Below, in pieces: positions 19,316 through 29,248 of a DNA stretch of 54,527 bases. The position numbers and the translations under genes are program-made. Each line of letters opens with the position of its first letter. The stretch's first letter is position 1. The stretch spans positions 1 to 54,527 of the forward strand of contig JAHLWR010000023.1 of the NCBI GenBank assembly GCA_019057815.1, read 5' to 3'. The DNA comes from Candidatus Heimdallarchaeota archaeon. GTDB taxonomy: Archaea > Asgardarchaeota > Heimdallarchaeia > Heimdallarchaeales > Heimdallarchaeaceae. Below the pieces are notes generated by a model. That model saw only the letters and a program-made list of their open reading frames with translations, had not been told where the DNA came from and ran no database searches.

Positions 19316-20866
19316 TCACCTTAAAATATCTGCTATAAATAGAAGTTGATGAGTAAAATGAAAGATTTGCATATCTCTATTAAAGAGGAATCTTTCTTTC
19401 CATACATCTTTATAGTTAGAAGTGATAATCTTTCTGAATCTTGGATTAAGAACGTTATTAGCTTGTTTATAAAAATCTCTTTTAGATATTGTTCGACTGT
19501 TAAATAGAGACTGAATTATCTTTCTGCCTAATTTTTCGCCAAAAGTAGAAACTAAGAATCCAAATTCGAATTTAATAGTTTTGTTGAAAAAGTTATCAAC
19601 CTCCTCAATCCAGTCAACAATTTGTTTAATCCTGTATTTACTGCCATAGATAATATCTTCAATGAATTTCTTTTTATTGCCAGAAACTTGTTTCTCTACA
19701 AAATAAAAATCCATGATAGCCATATCACTTTCTTTAGCGCATTGTAAGATGTTAAGTAAATCTACATCTTGGCTAGATGCTAAAATCCCCCGGTCTTCAT
19801 TAAATTTAATATTATTCTTTCTTTGTTTGATTTGTTTGATAAGTGATTGTTTTTGTTGTTTACTTATATCTGATAATTTAGAAGATAATTCTTCTATTTT
19901 AAGTCTAAGCGTTGTCTGCTTTGTTTCATAATGATTCTTTCTGAATAATTCCAATTTTTGTACAAACATCATAATTTTCTCGGAGGATTCTACAAGAGGG
20001 ATAATGCTGTGATGAACCGTTTTAATGTCTCTAGAGCTTTTCCTTTCTTTATAAGCTTCAAATTTTAAAACTGTATCCATTATATTATAACCATTTCTAA
20101 AGAAATTTTCACAATCTTCACAGATCATAGCTTGATATGATTTAGAAAAACCCAATTGGAAGCTTACTTGATCGATTGAAAAAAGATTAAAGAATTTGCA
20201 CTTATCCATAGATATTAGATTGTCTTTTTTAATTCCACATGCAAGACAAACCAAAGCTTCACTCTTTTTAGAGCTTTTTTTACTCAAATTTTCGAGACTT
20301 AGATATATTTCTCTGAACTTGTCTATTTCTCCCGGATATAAGAGTCCATTCTCTTTTCTAAATATAAATAGTAGGAATCTAGGAGCATCTTTTGAAATGA
20401 TTTTTTCTCCTTTTTTGTTTGTTTCTAAGTGATTTTCCTTGATATAATCATATATCCTTTTTTCTAATTGCTCTCTATTGTTAAGCAACCAATTATTAAA
20501 TCTGAAGGGTAGACTATTCTGTTCTAGAATAATGTCATCTGGTAGAATTATTTTGTCAAAATTAACTAAATCTGAAGGACTGAAATCATCGAAATTTTTA
20601 TTTGTACCTTTTTGCTGTTTAATACTACAAAAAGGAGAATAATTCCTACTTGATCCAGTGCTTAATCCTGGAAGATATTTATCAATCATCGATTCTTGGT
20701 AATCCGATAGGTTCAAAGCTCCTATCTCAGAAGCATCCAAGTCTATAACAACATCTAGAAGTTTTTTCGTTCTAATATTCTTCTTTTGTTCATCTAATAG
20801 GATAGAAAGTTCATCTTTATCACCTATCATAGCTTTTCCGATTTTTGTTAATGAACTTACTATCAT
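19316..20866 (-). CDS. cas8b: Type I-B large subunit Cas8b (lacking the C-terminal Cas11 part)
   Basis: First gene of effector operon; CLAC...FSIDQVSF...ICEDC Zn finger typical of Cas8b/TM1802. Confidence 0.8.
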   Translation of the reverse strand: MIVSSLTKIGKAMIGDKDELSILLDEQKKNIRTKKLLDVVIDLDASEIGALNLSDYQESMIDKYLPGLSTGSSRNYSPFCSIKQQKGTNKNFDDFSPSDLVNFDKIILPDDIILEQNSLPFRFNNWLLNNREQLEKRIYDYIKENHLETNKKGEKIISKDAPRFLLFIFRKENGLLYPGEIDKFREIYLSLENLSKKSSKKSEALVCLACGIKKDNLISMDKCKFFNLFSIDQVSFQLGFSKSYQAMICEDCENFFRNGYNIMDTVLKFEAYKERKSSRDIKTVHHSIIPLVESSEKIMMFVQKLELFRKNHYETKQTTLRLKIEELSSKLSDISKQQKQSLIKQIKQRKNNIKFNEDRGILASSQDVDLLNILQCAKESDMAIMDFYFVEKQVSGNKKKFIEDIIYGSKYRIKQIVDWIEEVDNFFNKTIKFEFGFLVSTFGEKLGRKIIQSLFNSRTISKRDFYKQANNVLNPRFRKIITSNYKDVWKERFLFNRDMQIFHFTHQLLFIADILR

Positions 20867-20956
20867 TGAATACCTCTTCTACTTGATATGACTTCTAATG
20901 AAATCAAGTGAAAGAAACTAAGTAAATATAAATACTATTGGCATTTATAGCAAATT

Positions 20957-20981
20957 GGTAAAAAAAAGAACTATAATTACC
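20957..20981 (-). promoter_or_regulatory. 25-bp palindromic operator (copy 2) upstream of cas8b
   Basis: Sense strand GGTAATTATAGTTCTTTTTTTTACC, ~24 nt before TTTATATT. Confidence 0.6.
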
Positions 20982-20987
20982 TTTTTT

Positions 20988-22436
20988 TCATTTATTAAAA
21001 ATAACGGATTTAACATAACTGTTATCCAAATTCAAAGCATACATTTTTTTTGTTTGGGTTTCTTTTACATAAATAAGAAGAATAAGATCCTTATCTGCAA
21101 GGGCTGAAAGAATGTCAGGTAAAGGTTTTCTTAATTCACTTATAGTAATTTTCACATTATAATGATTATACCCTTCCCAACTGAATAAGTTATCACGAAT
21201 GTGATTAGCTGTTATTGCTGCAAAGTAATTCTGGTTTCTGATGAATTTTTCATCTAAGCGCTGTTTTTGTAGTTCATCAAAAAAAACACTAAGTAAGTAG
21301 TTGAACATGAGCTCTTCCCTTTTATTGGAAAAAGGGTAAACTTTGTCAAATCTTTTCTGAGAGAATCTTTTTCTTAGAGAACTAACAAAAATATTACTCT
21401 TTGAAAGCAAAAGTAGTAGTTCATAGGAATCCCAGGAATCAATCACATCAAAAACCATATTTTCTAATTCACGGAAGCTCTTAGTGTAATTGTATATCCC
21501 AGAAATAGTGGAAAATAGCTTTCTTTGATAGTTTTTAGGTAGATAAAACGATCTAAAATCTTCAGAAGAGTAAAGTAAAGGATCCAATACTGAGAAAATA
21601 AATTCAACTAATTCAATTTTCTGAAGAGGGGAGAGTTTTGAGACAACACCTGCTTTTATTAAATATTTCATTCTAGAAAGCAAAGTTAAAAGAACAAAAC
21701 TATATAATATAGCGGTTTTAACTCTCTGTCGTAACTTATAGGGTGGTTTTTCATTTCCATAAATGATTAAGAATTGGTTTTTGTTTAGAATATGAAGCCA
21801 CCCACATTCAAATCTTGGTGTATCAAAAATATCCACATTAATTCCTAATTCATTATAGGTATCAATAGTTGTTTCAATGACAGTAAAGATATCTGAGAAC
21901 TCAAGTGAGGGTTTATCATGAGTAAAAACTGAATCCATAATAGGAATTTTAAACTTACGAGTTAGAGAATGGAAAGATTCTCGAATACAACGAATTTGTT
22001 TTTCAAAATCAAGTTGAATTTGTTTAGATTTAAGTGACATAGTTAGTTTCAACTCAGAAATTAGACACGGGTAGAGTCGTGAGGATAAAAAACAATTAGG
22101 ATGCTTATACTGGAGATTTTTAATTTTCCACTTTTTAATTCTGGTTGTAAAAGGGAGCAAAGGTCGAAGAGGATGATTATCATAAACAGGAATTCTGATA
22201 TTTCTAATGTAAAAGTATGAATCGTTTCCATGAGGACAAAGATATGGACCTAATCCCCTAATGTAAGGTAAAGAGATATCAGTTGGTTTATCTTTAAAAT
22301 CAAAAAAAAGTTGTTGAGCATTTCCAGTATTAGATTTAAGAAAATCAAAAGAAACTCGAATATTAGAATCCCATAAAATTTCAGTAAAAGGAAGAAATCT
22401 GTATATATGGATTAGAATATCCTCCAAAATTATCAC
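20988..22436 (-). CDS. Hypothetical protein with probable C-terminal winged HTH
   Basis: 482-aa ORF; tail 'TANHIRDNL..ISELRKPLPDILSALADKDLILL..KKMYALN' is wHTH-like; real start may be TTG 22427 after AGGTGA. Confidence 0.6.
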   Translation of the reverse strand: MIILEDILIHIYRFLPFTEILWDSNIRVSFDFLKSNTGNAQQLFFDFKDKPTDISLPYIRGLGPYLCPHGNDSYFYIRNIRIPVYDNHPLRPLLPFTTRIKKWKIKNLQYKHPNCFLSSRLYPCLISELKLTMSLKSKQIQLDFEKQIRCIRESFHSLTRKFKIPIMDSVFTHDKPSLEFSDIFTVIETTIDTYNELGINVDIFDTPRFECGWLHILNKNQFLIIYGNEKPPYKLRQRVKTAILYSFVLLTLLSRMKYLIKAGVVSKLSPLQKIELVEFIFSVLDPLLYSSEDFRSFYLPKNYQRKLFSTISGIYNYTKSFRELENMVFDVIDSWDSYELLLLLSKSNIFVSSLRKRFSQKRFDKVYPFSNKREELMFNYLLSVFFDELQKQRLDEKFIRNQNYFAAITANHIRDNLFSWEGYNHYNVKITISELRKPLPDILSALADKDLILLIYVKETQTKKMYALNLDNSYVKSVIFNK

Positions 22437-22576
22437 CTAGCATGAAAGATTAGAATACAAGGTAGATAAATATTATGACATTTAAAGATTTTCAGTAAAA
22501 GTAATGACTAGCTTGATTATTCTGATTTAAATATAAAAAAATAAACAAGTTGAATTAATAGGTTGAGAGAAGAAAA

Positions 22577-22672
22577 TTGCATATCTTTATAAAGGATTTT
22601 CAAATCGAAGATATGCAACAAAAGCGAAAATAAAAACGCACCTAATTAAGGAATACTAGAGAAAATGGCTCG
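22577..22672 (+). promoter_or_regulatory. CRISPR leader 2
   Basis: First ~48 nt identical to leaders 1 and 3, repeat-proximal half diverged, ends GGCTCG. Confidence 0.85.
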
Positions 22673-25068
22673 GTTGCATATTGAATCTCACTTACTAGAG
22701 AATTGAAATTCTAAACTTGTATCCATGCGATGTGCCGAAGACTTACAAGTTGCATATTGAATCTCACTTACTAGAGAATTGAAATTCTCTTGCATTCTTC
22801 TTTAATCCTTTTAGCTCCTTCGAGGTTGCATATTGAATCTCACTTACTAGAGAATTGAAATTGTTTCATTAGAACGCTTATAAGACCACCCGCATCCAGT
22901 TGCATATTGAATCTCACTTACTAGAGAATTGAAATTTAAAACAATTTCACTTGTAATTTTGCCTAAGTCTGCGGTTGCATATTGAATCTCACTTACTAGA
23001 GAATTGAAATTTTTTGCTTCAGGAACAATTAAGCAAAGTGCGGGAGCTTGGTTGCATATTGAATCTCACTTACTAGAGAATTGAAATATTTCTTCTATCT
23101 CCTCAACTAAGTGAGTATATAGTTCAGTTGCATATTGAATCTCACTTACTAGAGAATTGAAATTGTTTAGCTGCATCTAACATCAATCGTTTATCACAGA
23201 TTGTTGCATATTGAATCTCACTTACTAGAGAATTGAAATTTAAAGGTTTTAAATAACATTAAAACTCTTTTAAAGATTGTTGCATATTGAATCTCACTTA
23301 CTAGAGAATTGAAATCACAAGTCTTCCCATAGATACTATTAAGGATTATTTTGAGTTGCATATTGAATCTCACTTACTAGAGAATTGAAATTATACGCCA
23401 CAAAAGTTCAAGAAGCAATCTCTAACCAAAGGTTGCATATTGAATCTCACTTACTAGAGAATTGAAATGCTGTTGATGACCTCATCACTGGCGTTAATAT
23501 CAAATCAGTTGCATATTGAATCTCACTTACTAGAGAATTGAAATTTATTCTAATATCTCTGTTAACCATCCCTCGAAGTTTTGAAAGTTGCATATTGAAT
23601 CTCACTTACTAGAGAATTGAAATTGAGCTTTTTGACAGGTCTGTATCCAACAACAAAAACAGTTGCATATTGAATCTCACTTACTAGAGAATTGAAATCT
23701 AGCAGTGAAAACATTTGTGAATCCCCCTGCATTATCGTTGCATATTGAATCTCACTTACTAGAGAATTGAAATCCTCCTTGTTTGTCTTTTAAGATTTTT
23801 TCACCTCAAAAGTTGCATATTGAATCTCACTTACTAGAGAATTGAAATATAAATAAAACAAGTAAGACTATTGGAATAAACACCAAAAGTTGCATATTGA
23901 ATCTCACTTACTAGAGAATTGAAATTAAATCTACTATAGATAGCTCTGAAATAGTCATGTTAGAGTTGCATATTGAATCTCACTTACTAGAGAATTGAAA
24001 TACAAACGAAAGAACATCTAAAACATTTGTTCCATCAGTGTTGCATATTGAATCTCACTTACTAGAGAATTGAAATCTTATAAATCTAATTTGTATCTTC
24101 ATTTTTCCACATCCTAAGTTGCATATTGAATCTCACTTACTAGAGAATTGAAATAAACTGTTCAAATTAGCCATTTTAGGCACTAAATGAGGGAAGTTGC
24201 ATATTGAATCTCACTTACTAGAGAATTGAAATTTTGAGTTTAAGTAACCCTTAAAGACTTTTGAATAAAAGGTTGCATATTGAATCTCACTTACTAGAGA
24301 ATTGAAATAAACCGCGTAGTTGATTTTGACCATTTATGTATAAATCGGTTGCATATTGAATCTCACTTACTAGAGAATTGAAATTCTGTGGGTGGAATCA
24401 CTGGTGGTTCTTCCTCTGCCTCAAGTTGCATATTGAATCTCACTTACTAGAGAATTGAAATCTTATCATTTCTGAATGTTCATAAAGATTAAATTCAACA
24501 TGTTGCATATTGAATCTCACTTACTAGAGAATTGAAATCTTATCATTTCTGAATGTTCATAAAGATTAAATTCAACATGTTGCATATTGAATCTCACTTA
24601 CTAGAGAATTGAAATCAGGCTAGAATAGATTGTTTGATTAGGTTTATCTAGTTGTTGCATATTGAATCTCACTTACTAGAGAATTGAAATACAAAGTAGA
24701 GTAATGACAGTTACAAGCGAAAGTAAAATAGGTTGCATATTGAATCTCACTTACTAGAGAATTGAAATACTTTAAAAATTGGTCGGCATCGTTTTTGGTC
24801 AAACTTCGTTGCATATTGAATCTCACTTACTAGAGAATTGAAATTCTTGTTTAGTCTCCTTTTGTAAAAGTTCAATTGTTATTGTTGCATATTGAATCTC
24901 ACTTACTAGAGAATTGAAATTTTACCGATTAAGGTAAGGCATCCAGAGGAAGCAGATGTTGCATATTGAATCTCACTTACTAGAGAATTGAAATTTATTT
25001 TCCCTTCCTTCATTAATCTCACAGTATTATAGTTGCATATTGAATCTCACTTACTAGAGAATTGAAAT
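22673..25068 (+). CRISPR. CRISPR array 2: 32 repeats GTTGCATATTGAATCTCACTTACTAGAGAATTGAAAT, 31 spacers (one tandem duplicate)
   Basis: Counted directly; spacers 24462-24501 and 24539-24578 are identical. Confidence 0.98.
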
Positions 25069-25286
25069 CATCTGTTTATGAATCTAATCAAATCTGTATA
25101 TTTATATGGAATTTGTTCAAACAGAAACTAATAAATGTAGATTATGTAATTGTATCTAGGAACATCCGCGTCTGTTTCTGGATGTTAAGGGAACTTTTAA
25201 ATTCCCTTTTCCCTTCAATTTACTATTACCAGCTCCTGTTTTAATCTTTATATAGAATTATTATTTGTCTCTTTTTATTTCAATAT

Positions 25287-25311
25287 AGTAAAAATCAATC
25301 TTATTTTTACC
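25287..25311 (+). promoter_or_regulatory. 25-bp palindromic operator (copy 3) upstream of cas6
   Basis: AGTAAAAATCAATCTTATTTTTACC, ~23 nt before TTTTATTT. Confidence 0.6.
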
Positions 25312-25374
25312 ATTTTATTGCATATAGCTAATACTTTTATTTTGATTTTTGGTAATATTGACAAGTGTAGATTG

Positions 25375-26271
25375 ATGATTGATAAACAAGTAGAACAAAC
25401 TTTTCCAGAATGTTCAAGTGTAATTGAGAACATTAGTCTATTAGGTGGAGAGCTTAAGCTAAAGTTTTTAGTTCTTCAAGATACGATTTTTCCAGCATTT
25501 ACAGGTTCTATTGTTCGAGCATCTTTTCTTCATTTTTTATCTGAAAAAGATCCTCTTCTAGCTGACATTCTCCATAAGGATACTGAAGTTCGTCCTTATG
25601 CTATTTCACAAATAAAAGCAGTAAAACCTAATAAAAGCCGTACAAATCGTAATGAAATACTACTTCGTTCAGGGGAATTTTTCTCTTTTTCTCTACGTTT
25701 CTTAGATTCAGAATTTCTTGACAAAACGGTGAAAATATTCGTTAACGAACCGAAGCCTTCATTTTATCTTTTGAACCAAGATTTTCCTGTAATTTCATTT
25801 GAGTATACAAAACCCTCTTTTGACATAAGTCAACAGGATTTTATGGTTAAAATTTTTTTTAACACTCCTACATATTTCTCATCACTTCGAACTGCTCATC
25901 CTATGCTTTTTCCTGAACCAAAATATTTCTTTATGACTATTGCAAAGAATTGGAATAAATTCAACAGCAAATATGGTCAGATTCCCTTGGATCTTCTAAA
26001 GAAATGGATAGAAGAGAATGTCGTCATTAATGATTACAAATTGCAAACTAAAAGAGTATATATTGGAAAAAGGAATCCTATTCTTGGTTTTAAAGGGTGG
26101 GTTGTATATAGATTTTTGATGCAGGATAATATTTTTGGTTGGATTGGGATATTGTGTGAATACGCTAAACTTTGCAACGTTGGTGGTAATAGAACTGCTG
26201 GTATGGGTGATATTGGATTAAAATGGATTAAAGAGAAAAAAGATGTACTTAGAAAAGAAAGAAAAGACTGA
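25375..26271 (+). CDS. cas6: CRISPR endoribonuclease Cas6
   Basis: 'LADILH..VRPYAIS', 'FNTPTYF', 'GFKGWV', G-rich loop 'NVGGNRTAGMG'; start placed at ATG 25375 from promoter position (ORF track start 25318). Confidence 0.93.
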   Translation: MIDKQVEQTFPECSSVIENISLLGGELKLKFLVLQDTIFPAFTGSIVRASFLHFLSEKDPLLADILHKDTEVRPYAISQIKAVKPNKSRTNRNEILLRSGEFFSFSLRFLDSEFLDKTVKIFVNEPKPSFYLLNQDFPVISFEYTKPSFDISQQDFMVKIFFNTPTYFSSLRTAHPMLFPEPKYFFMTIAKNWNKFNSKYGQIPLDLLKKWIEENVVINDYKLQTKRVYIGKRNPILGFKGWVVYRFLMQDNIFGWIGILCEYAKLCNVGGNRTAGMGDIGLKWIKEKKDVLRKERKD

Positions 26272-26326
26272 GTACCAAAATAAATGAAATACGTTATGTA
26301 GAATTTAGAATGATGAGCGATAAAGG

Positions 26327-27271
26327 ATGGTTAAAAGTGAGAAAAAAGAGAAAAATAATCAAATAACGAGATTTTCAACAGAATTCTCGACCTTATTTGA
26401 TGATGAAAGCAATGAGGATTTTTCATTTTTACCTGTAGTGTCTTCGTATTCAATTCTTCCAATTGATTCTGATTGTTTTGTAAGTTACATAATTATTAAA
26501 GAAAACCAAGAAGTGATGACACGTTGTTTACTTGATGGATTGTTGTATCTCACTTTTGGAGAGAAAAGATGTTTGAAATGCGGGGCGCTAAACCTTCAGA
26601 AAGATGAAAGATATTGTAAATACTGTGATGATGATGAAGACAAAGCTTATCTTAAATGCTTATTTCATTCACCTTTGAAAGTCTATGGTAACAAATGCTT
26701 TGCTGATCATCCTTTATGCAGTTATGCTGACAATATCTACAGGTGTTTTGATAGATATTATTTGTATATTGGAAGAATAGGGGAACAAATCAAAACTGGA
26801 ATTAGTAGATATAGAAATAGACCACTGAAATTCAAGAGGTTGGTAGAACAGGGATTAAATGAAGCATGGATCATCTATCCTTTTGAATCGCTCTCTGAAG
26901 TAACAAGTTTTGAAAGACTGCTTATAGATGAATATGGGATAGAAGAAAGGATAACTTTTGCAGAAAAGGTAGATAATCTAATCTATCCTTCAACAATTTC
27001 CTTAGCTAGCTTTTTCACTGAAAATCAATTTAAAGAGCTTTTTCCAGATAAAAAAATTATTAAGAAAGAATATTATAGGGAGGGATTTTTCAATGATTAT
27101 CTATCGTCAAGTTTTGAAATAGTTTTGAAGCAAGAAATTGATGAAATACAAGGAAATGTTGTTTTTTCTCAAGGAAATATAGGCGTTGTTAAACAAAAAT
27201 ACCAACTAACTTTTTTCGACATCAGTAAACTTATTGGAAAAACCGTTAAAACCGAGGGAGACTTGTGGTAA
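26327..27271 (+). CDS. DUF2797-like protein (Zn-binding Cys pairs + GIY-YIG-like motif)
   Basis: CLKC..CKYC; 'YYLYIG..IKTGISR..RLVEQG' resembles the recalled DUF2797 'YVYLA..KVGITR..RWIDQG'; overlaps cas1 start. Confidence 0.65.
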   Translation: MVKSEKKEKNNQITRFSTEFSTLFDDESNEDFSFLPVVSSYSILPIDSDCFVSYIIIKENQEVMTRCLLDGLLYLTFGEKRCLKCGALNLQKDERYCKYCDDDEDKAYLKCLFHSPLKVYGNKCFADHPLCSYADNIYRCFDRYYLYIGRIGEQIKTGISRYRNRPLKFKRLVEQGLNEAWIIYPFESLSEVTSFERLLIDEYGIEERITFAEKVDNLIYPSTISLASFFTENQFKELFPDKKIIKKEYYREGFFNDYLSSSFEIVLKQEIDEIQGNVVFSQGNIGVVKQKYQLTFFDISKLIGKTVKTEGDLW

Positions 27272-28293
27272 TAGTAGTTTTAAATAAACATGGAACAAAA
27301 ATAGGTAAAAGTCATGAATTATTCAAATTTGGTATTCCAGGAAAGAGCTATTATACAGATGAACTGATACCAGCTGAGCAGATAGAGGAGATCATAGTTG
27401 AATGTAATTCTTCGTTAACTAGCGGAGCAATAAATTTAGCTGCTAAATATGCTATACCAATTCTTTTTGTCAAAGGTAAAGATATAGTGTCATGTATTCA
27501 TCCATTAACTGGGCATGGGACGGTAAGAATAAGAAGAGAGCAGATATTAGCATACCATGATGAGAGAGGGGTAATATTTTCTACTTCAATAATTGAAGCA
27601 GCAAGCAATAATAAAGTTAGATTATTGAAACAAATGAAAAGAACAAGGGATTTAGAAGAAAACATAGAAAGAGAAATAGCAGGAGAGATAGAGGGTATAG
27701 AGAGTATTATCAAAGAACTTAGAAAAAGTGTTAGGATTATTGAACAACATAGGAATTATCTCTTCGCAAAAGAAGCAGAGATAACAAAAAAATACTACAT
27801 TTGTATAGGAAAGCTTCTAAAACCAACAATACTTTTCGAAGGGAGAACAAGACGACCACCAAAAGACGCTGTTAATGCAATGTTAAGTTATGGATATGCT
27901 ATTTTAACAGCGCAAATGTTGAAAGCAACAATAATTGCAGGATTAGAACCGCATGCAGGATTCTTGCATACAGATAGAGCAGGAAAAGTGTCATTTGTTC
28001 TAGACATTATAGAGATATTCAGACAACCTGTAGTAGATAGGCTTGTTTTCAACCTTTTGAGTAAGAAAAAAATAAAAGAAGAGGACTTCAACAAAAGTGA
28101 AAAAGATTGTTTAATGAAGGAAGATACAAAGAAAAAGTATCTAGATGAACTTTTTCAAAGATTCAGAGAAAAGAATGTTGAATATAAAAGTAAGATAACC
28201 TCTTTTAGAAGAGTGTTCATAGAAGAAGCGAGAAAAGCAGGAAAGTTTTTTGTGCAAAAAGGAAAATACCAACCTTTTGTGTATAAGTATTAG
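27265..28293 (+). CDS. cas1: CRISPR integrase Cas1
   Basis: 'EAEITKKYY', 'RTRRPPKDAVNAMLSYGY', 'GFLH', 'DIIEIFRQPVVD'. Confidence 0.97.
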   Translation: MVIVVLNKHGTKIGKSHELFKFGIPGKSYYTDELIPAEQIEEIIVECNSSLTSGAINLAAKYAIPILFVKGKDIVSCIHPLTGHGTVRIRREQILAYHDERGVIFSTSIIEAASNNKVRLLKQMKRTRDLEENIEREIAGEIEGIESIIKELRKSVRIIEQHRNYLFAKEAEITKKYYICIGKLLKPTILFEGRTRRPPKDAVNAMLSYGYAILTAQMLKATIIAGLEPHAGFLHTDRAGKVSFVLDIIEIFRQPVVDRLVFNLLSKKKIKEEDFNKSEKDCLMKEDTKKKYLDELFQRFREKNVEYKSKITSFRRVFIEEARKAGKFFVQKGKYQPFVYKY

Positions 28294-28298
28294 AAGGA

Positions 28299-28697
28299 AT
28301 GAAAATGGAAAGTATAATTTGTTATGATATAGTAGAAGATAAGAAAAGGGCAGAGGTGGCTAAAATATGTCAAAACAAAGGATTTTCAAGGATACAATAT
28401 TCAGTCTATTTTGGAGATATAACAAGAAATGTGCTAGAAAGTACAATGTTAGAGATAGGAGATATTCTAAAAGGGTATGAAGGGAATGTGGTAGCAATAG
28501 AAATATGTGAAAAATGTGCTAAAAAGAAAAAAATCATCCAGATGAAAAAAGAAGAGAATAAACAAAAAGATGAAGATAAAGGAGAAAAAGAAAATGGAAA
28601 GGAACTGAAAAAAAAGAAAAAAAAGAAGAAGAAAAGAAATGTTATAGACAAAGAAAGGATGGATGAGATAGCAAAAAAGGGAGTGATAATGCTGTGA
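28299..28697 (+). CDS. cas2: Cas2 with Lys-rich C-terminal extension
   Basis: 'ICYDIVEDKKR..RIQYSVYFG', CEKC, then a ~50-aa charged tail with K9. Confidence 0.93.
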   Translation: MKMESIICYDIVEDKKRAEVAKICQNKGFSRIQYSVYFGDITRNVLESTMLEIGDILKGYEGNVVAIEICEKCAKKKKIIQMKKEENKQKDEDKGEKENGKELKKKKKKKKKRNVIDKERMDEIAKKGVIML

Positions 28698-29248
28698 CTA
28701 AGCCAATAATTTACTTTGAAATGATAAGGCAGCATTTTTACTGTAAAAGGATAAATTATTGGAGATATTGTATGAGATACATGGGATACCAAAGTTACAA
28801 AATGGAAAAAGGAGCAGAATATCATAAAAAAAGAGAAAAAAGAAATCAGAGTTATGATCAACAAATTTGGGTAGAAAATGAAAACTTAAGTCTAGCTGGA
28901 TATGTAGATTACATGAGAAAAAAACAAAAGGAAGAATGGATAATAGGGGACTTCAAACAGAAGAAACCTTATCAACAAAAAATCCCTGAACACTATAAAA
29001 TGCAACTGGTAGCAGAAGTAATGGCAATGGACATAGGAGAAAGAGTAAGAGAAGAAGTAGAAATACAAATAAAAAATGGAAAAGTCATAAAAGAGAAAAT
29101 AAGAGAAGAAGAAAAGCGAAAAGTATTGGAAGCAATAAAAGAAATACAACTAATCATAGAAACAGAATTATTACCAGAGGAAACAGAACAAGAAAGAAAA
29201 TGTGTTGACTGTGAATATAGGAATATATGTCAACCAAGCAACTATTAA
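28694..29248 (+). CDS. cas4: Cas4 nuclease
   Basis: YCKR, GYVD, DFK, QL, CVDCEYRNIC Fe-S ligands. Confidence 0.9.
   Translation: MTKPIIYFEMIRQHFYCKRINYWRYCMRYMGYQSYKMEKGAEYHKKREKRNQSYDQQIWVENENLSLAGYVDYMRKKQKEEWIIGDFKQKKPYQQKIPEHYKMQLVAEVMAMDIGERVREEVEIQIKNGKVIKEKIREEEKRKVLEAIKEIQLIIETELLPEETEQERKCVDCEYRNICQPSNY

Noticed and set aside
27498-29149. Phe/Ser-rich antisense ORFs over cas1/cas2/cas4
   Set aside because: Mirror of the A-rich sense strand
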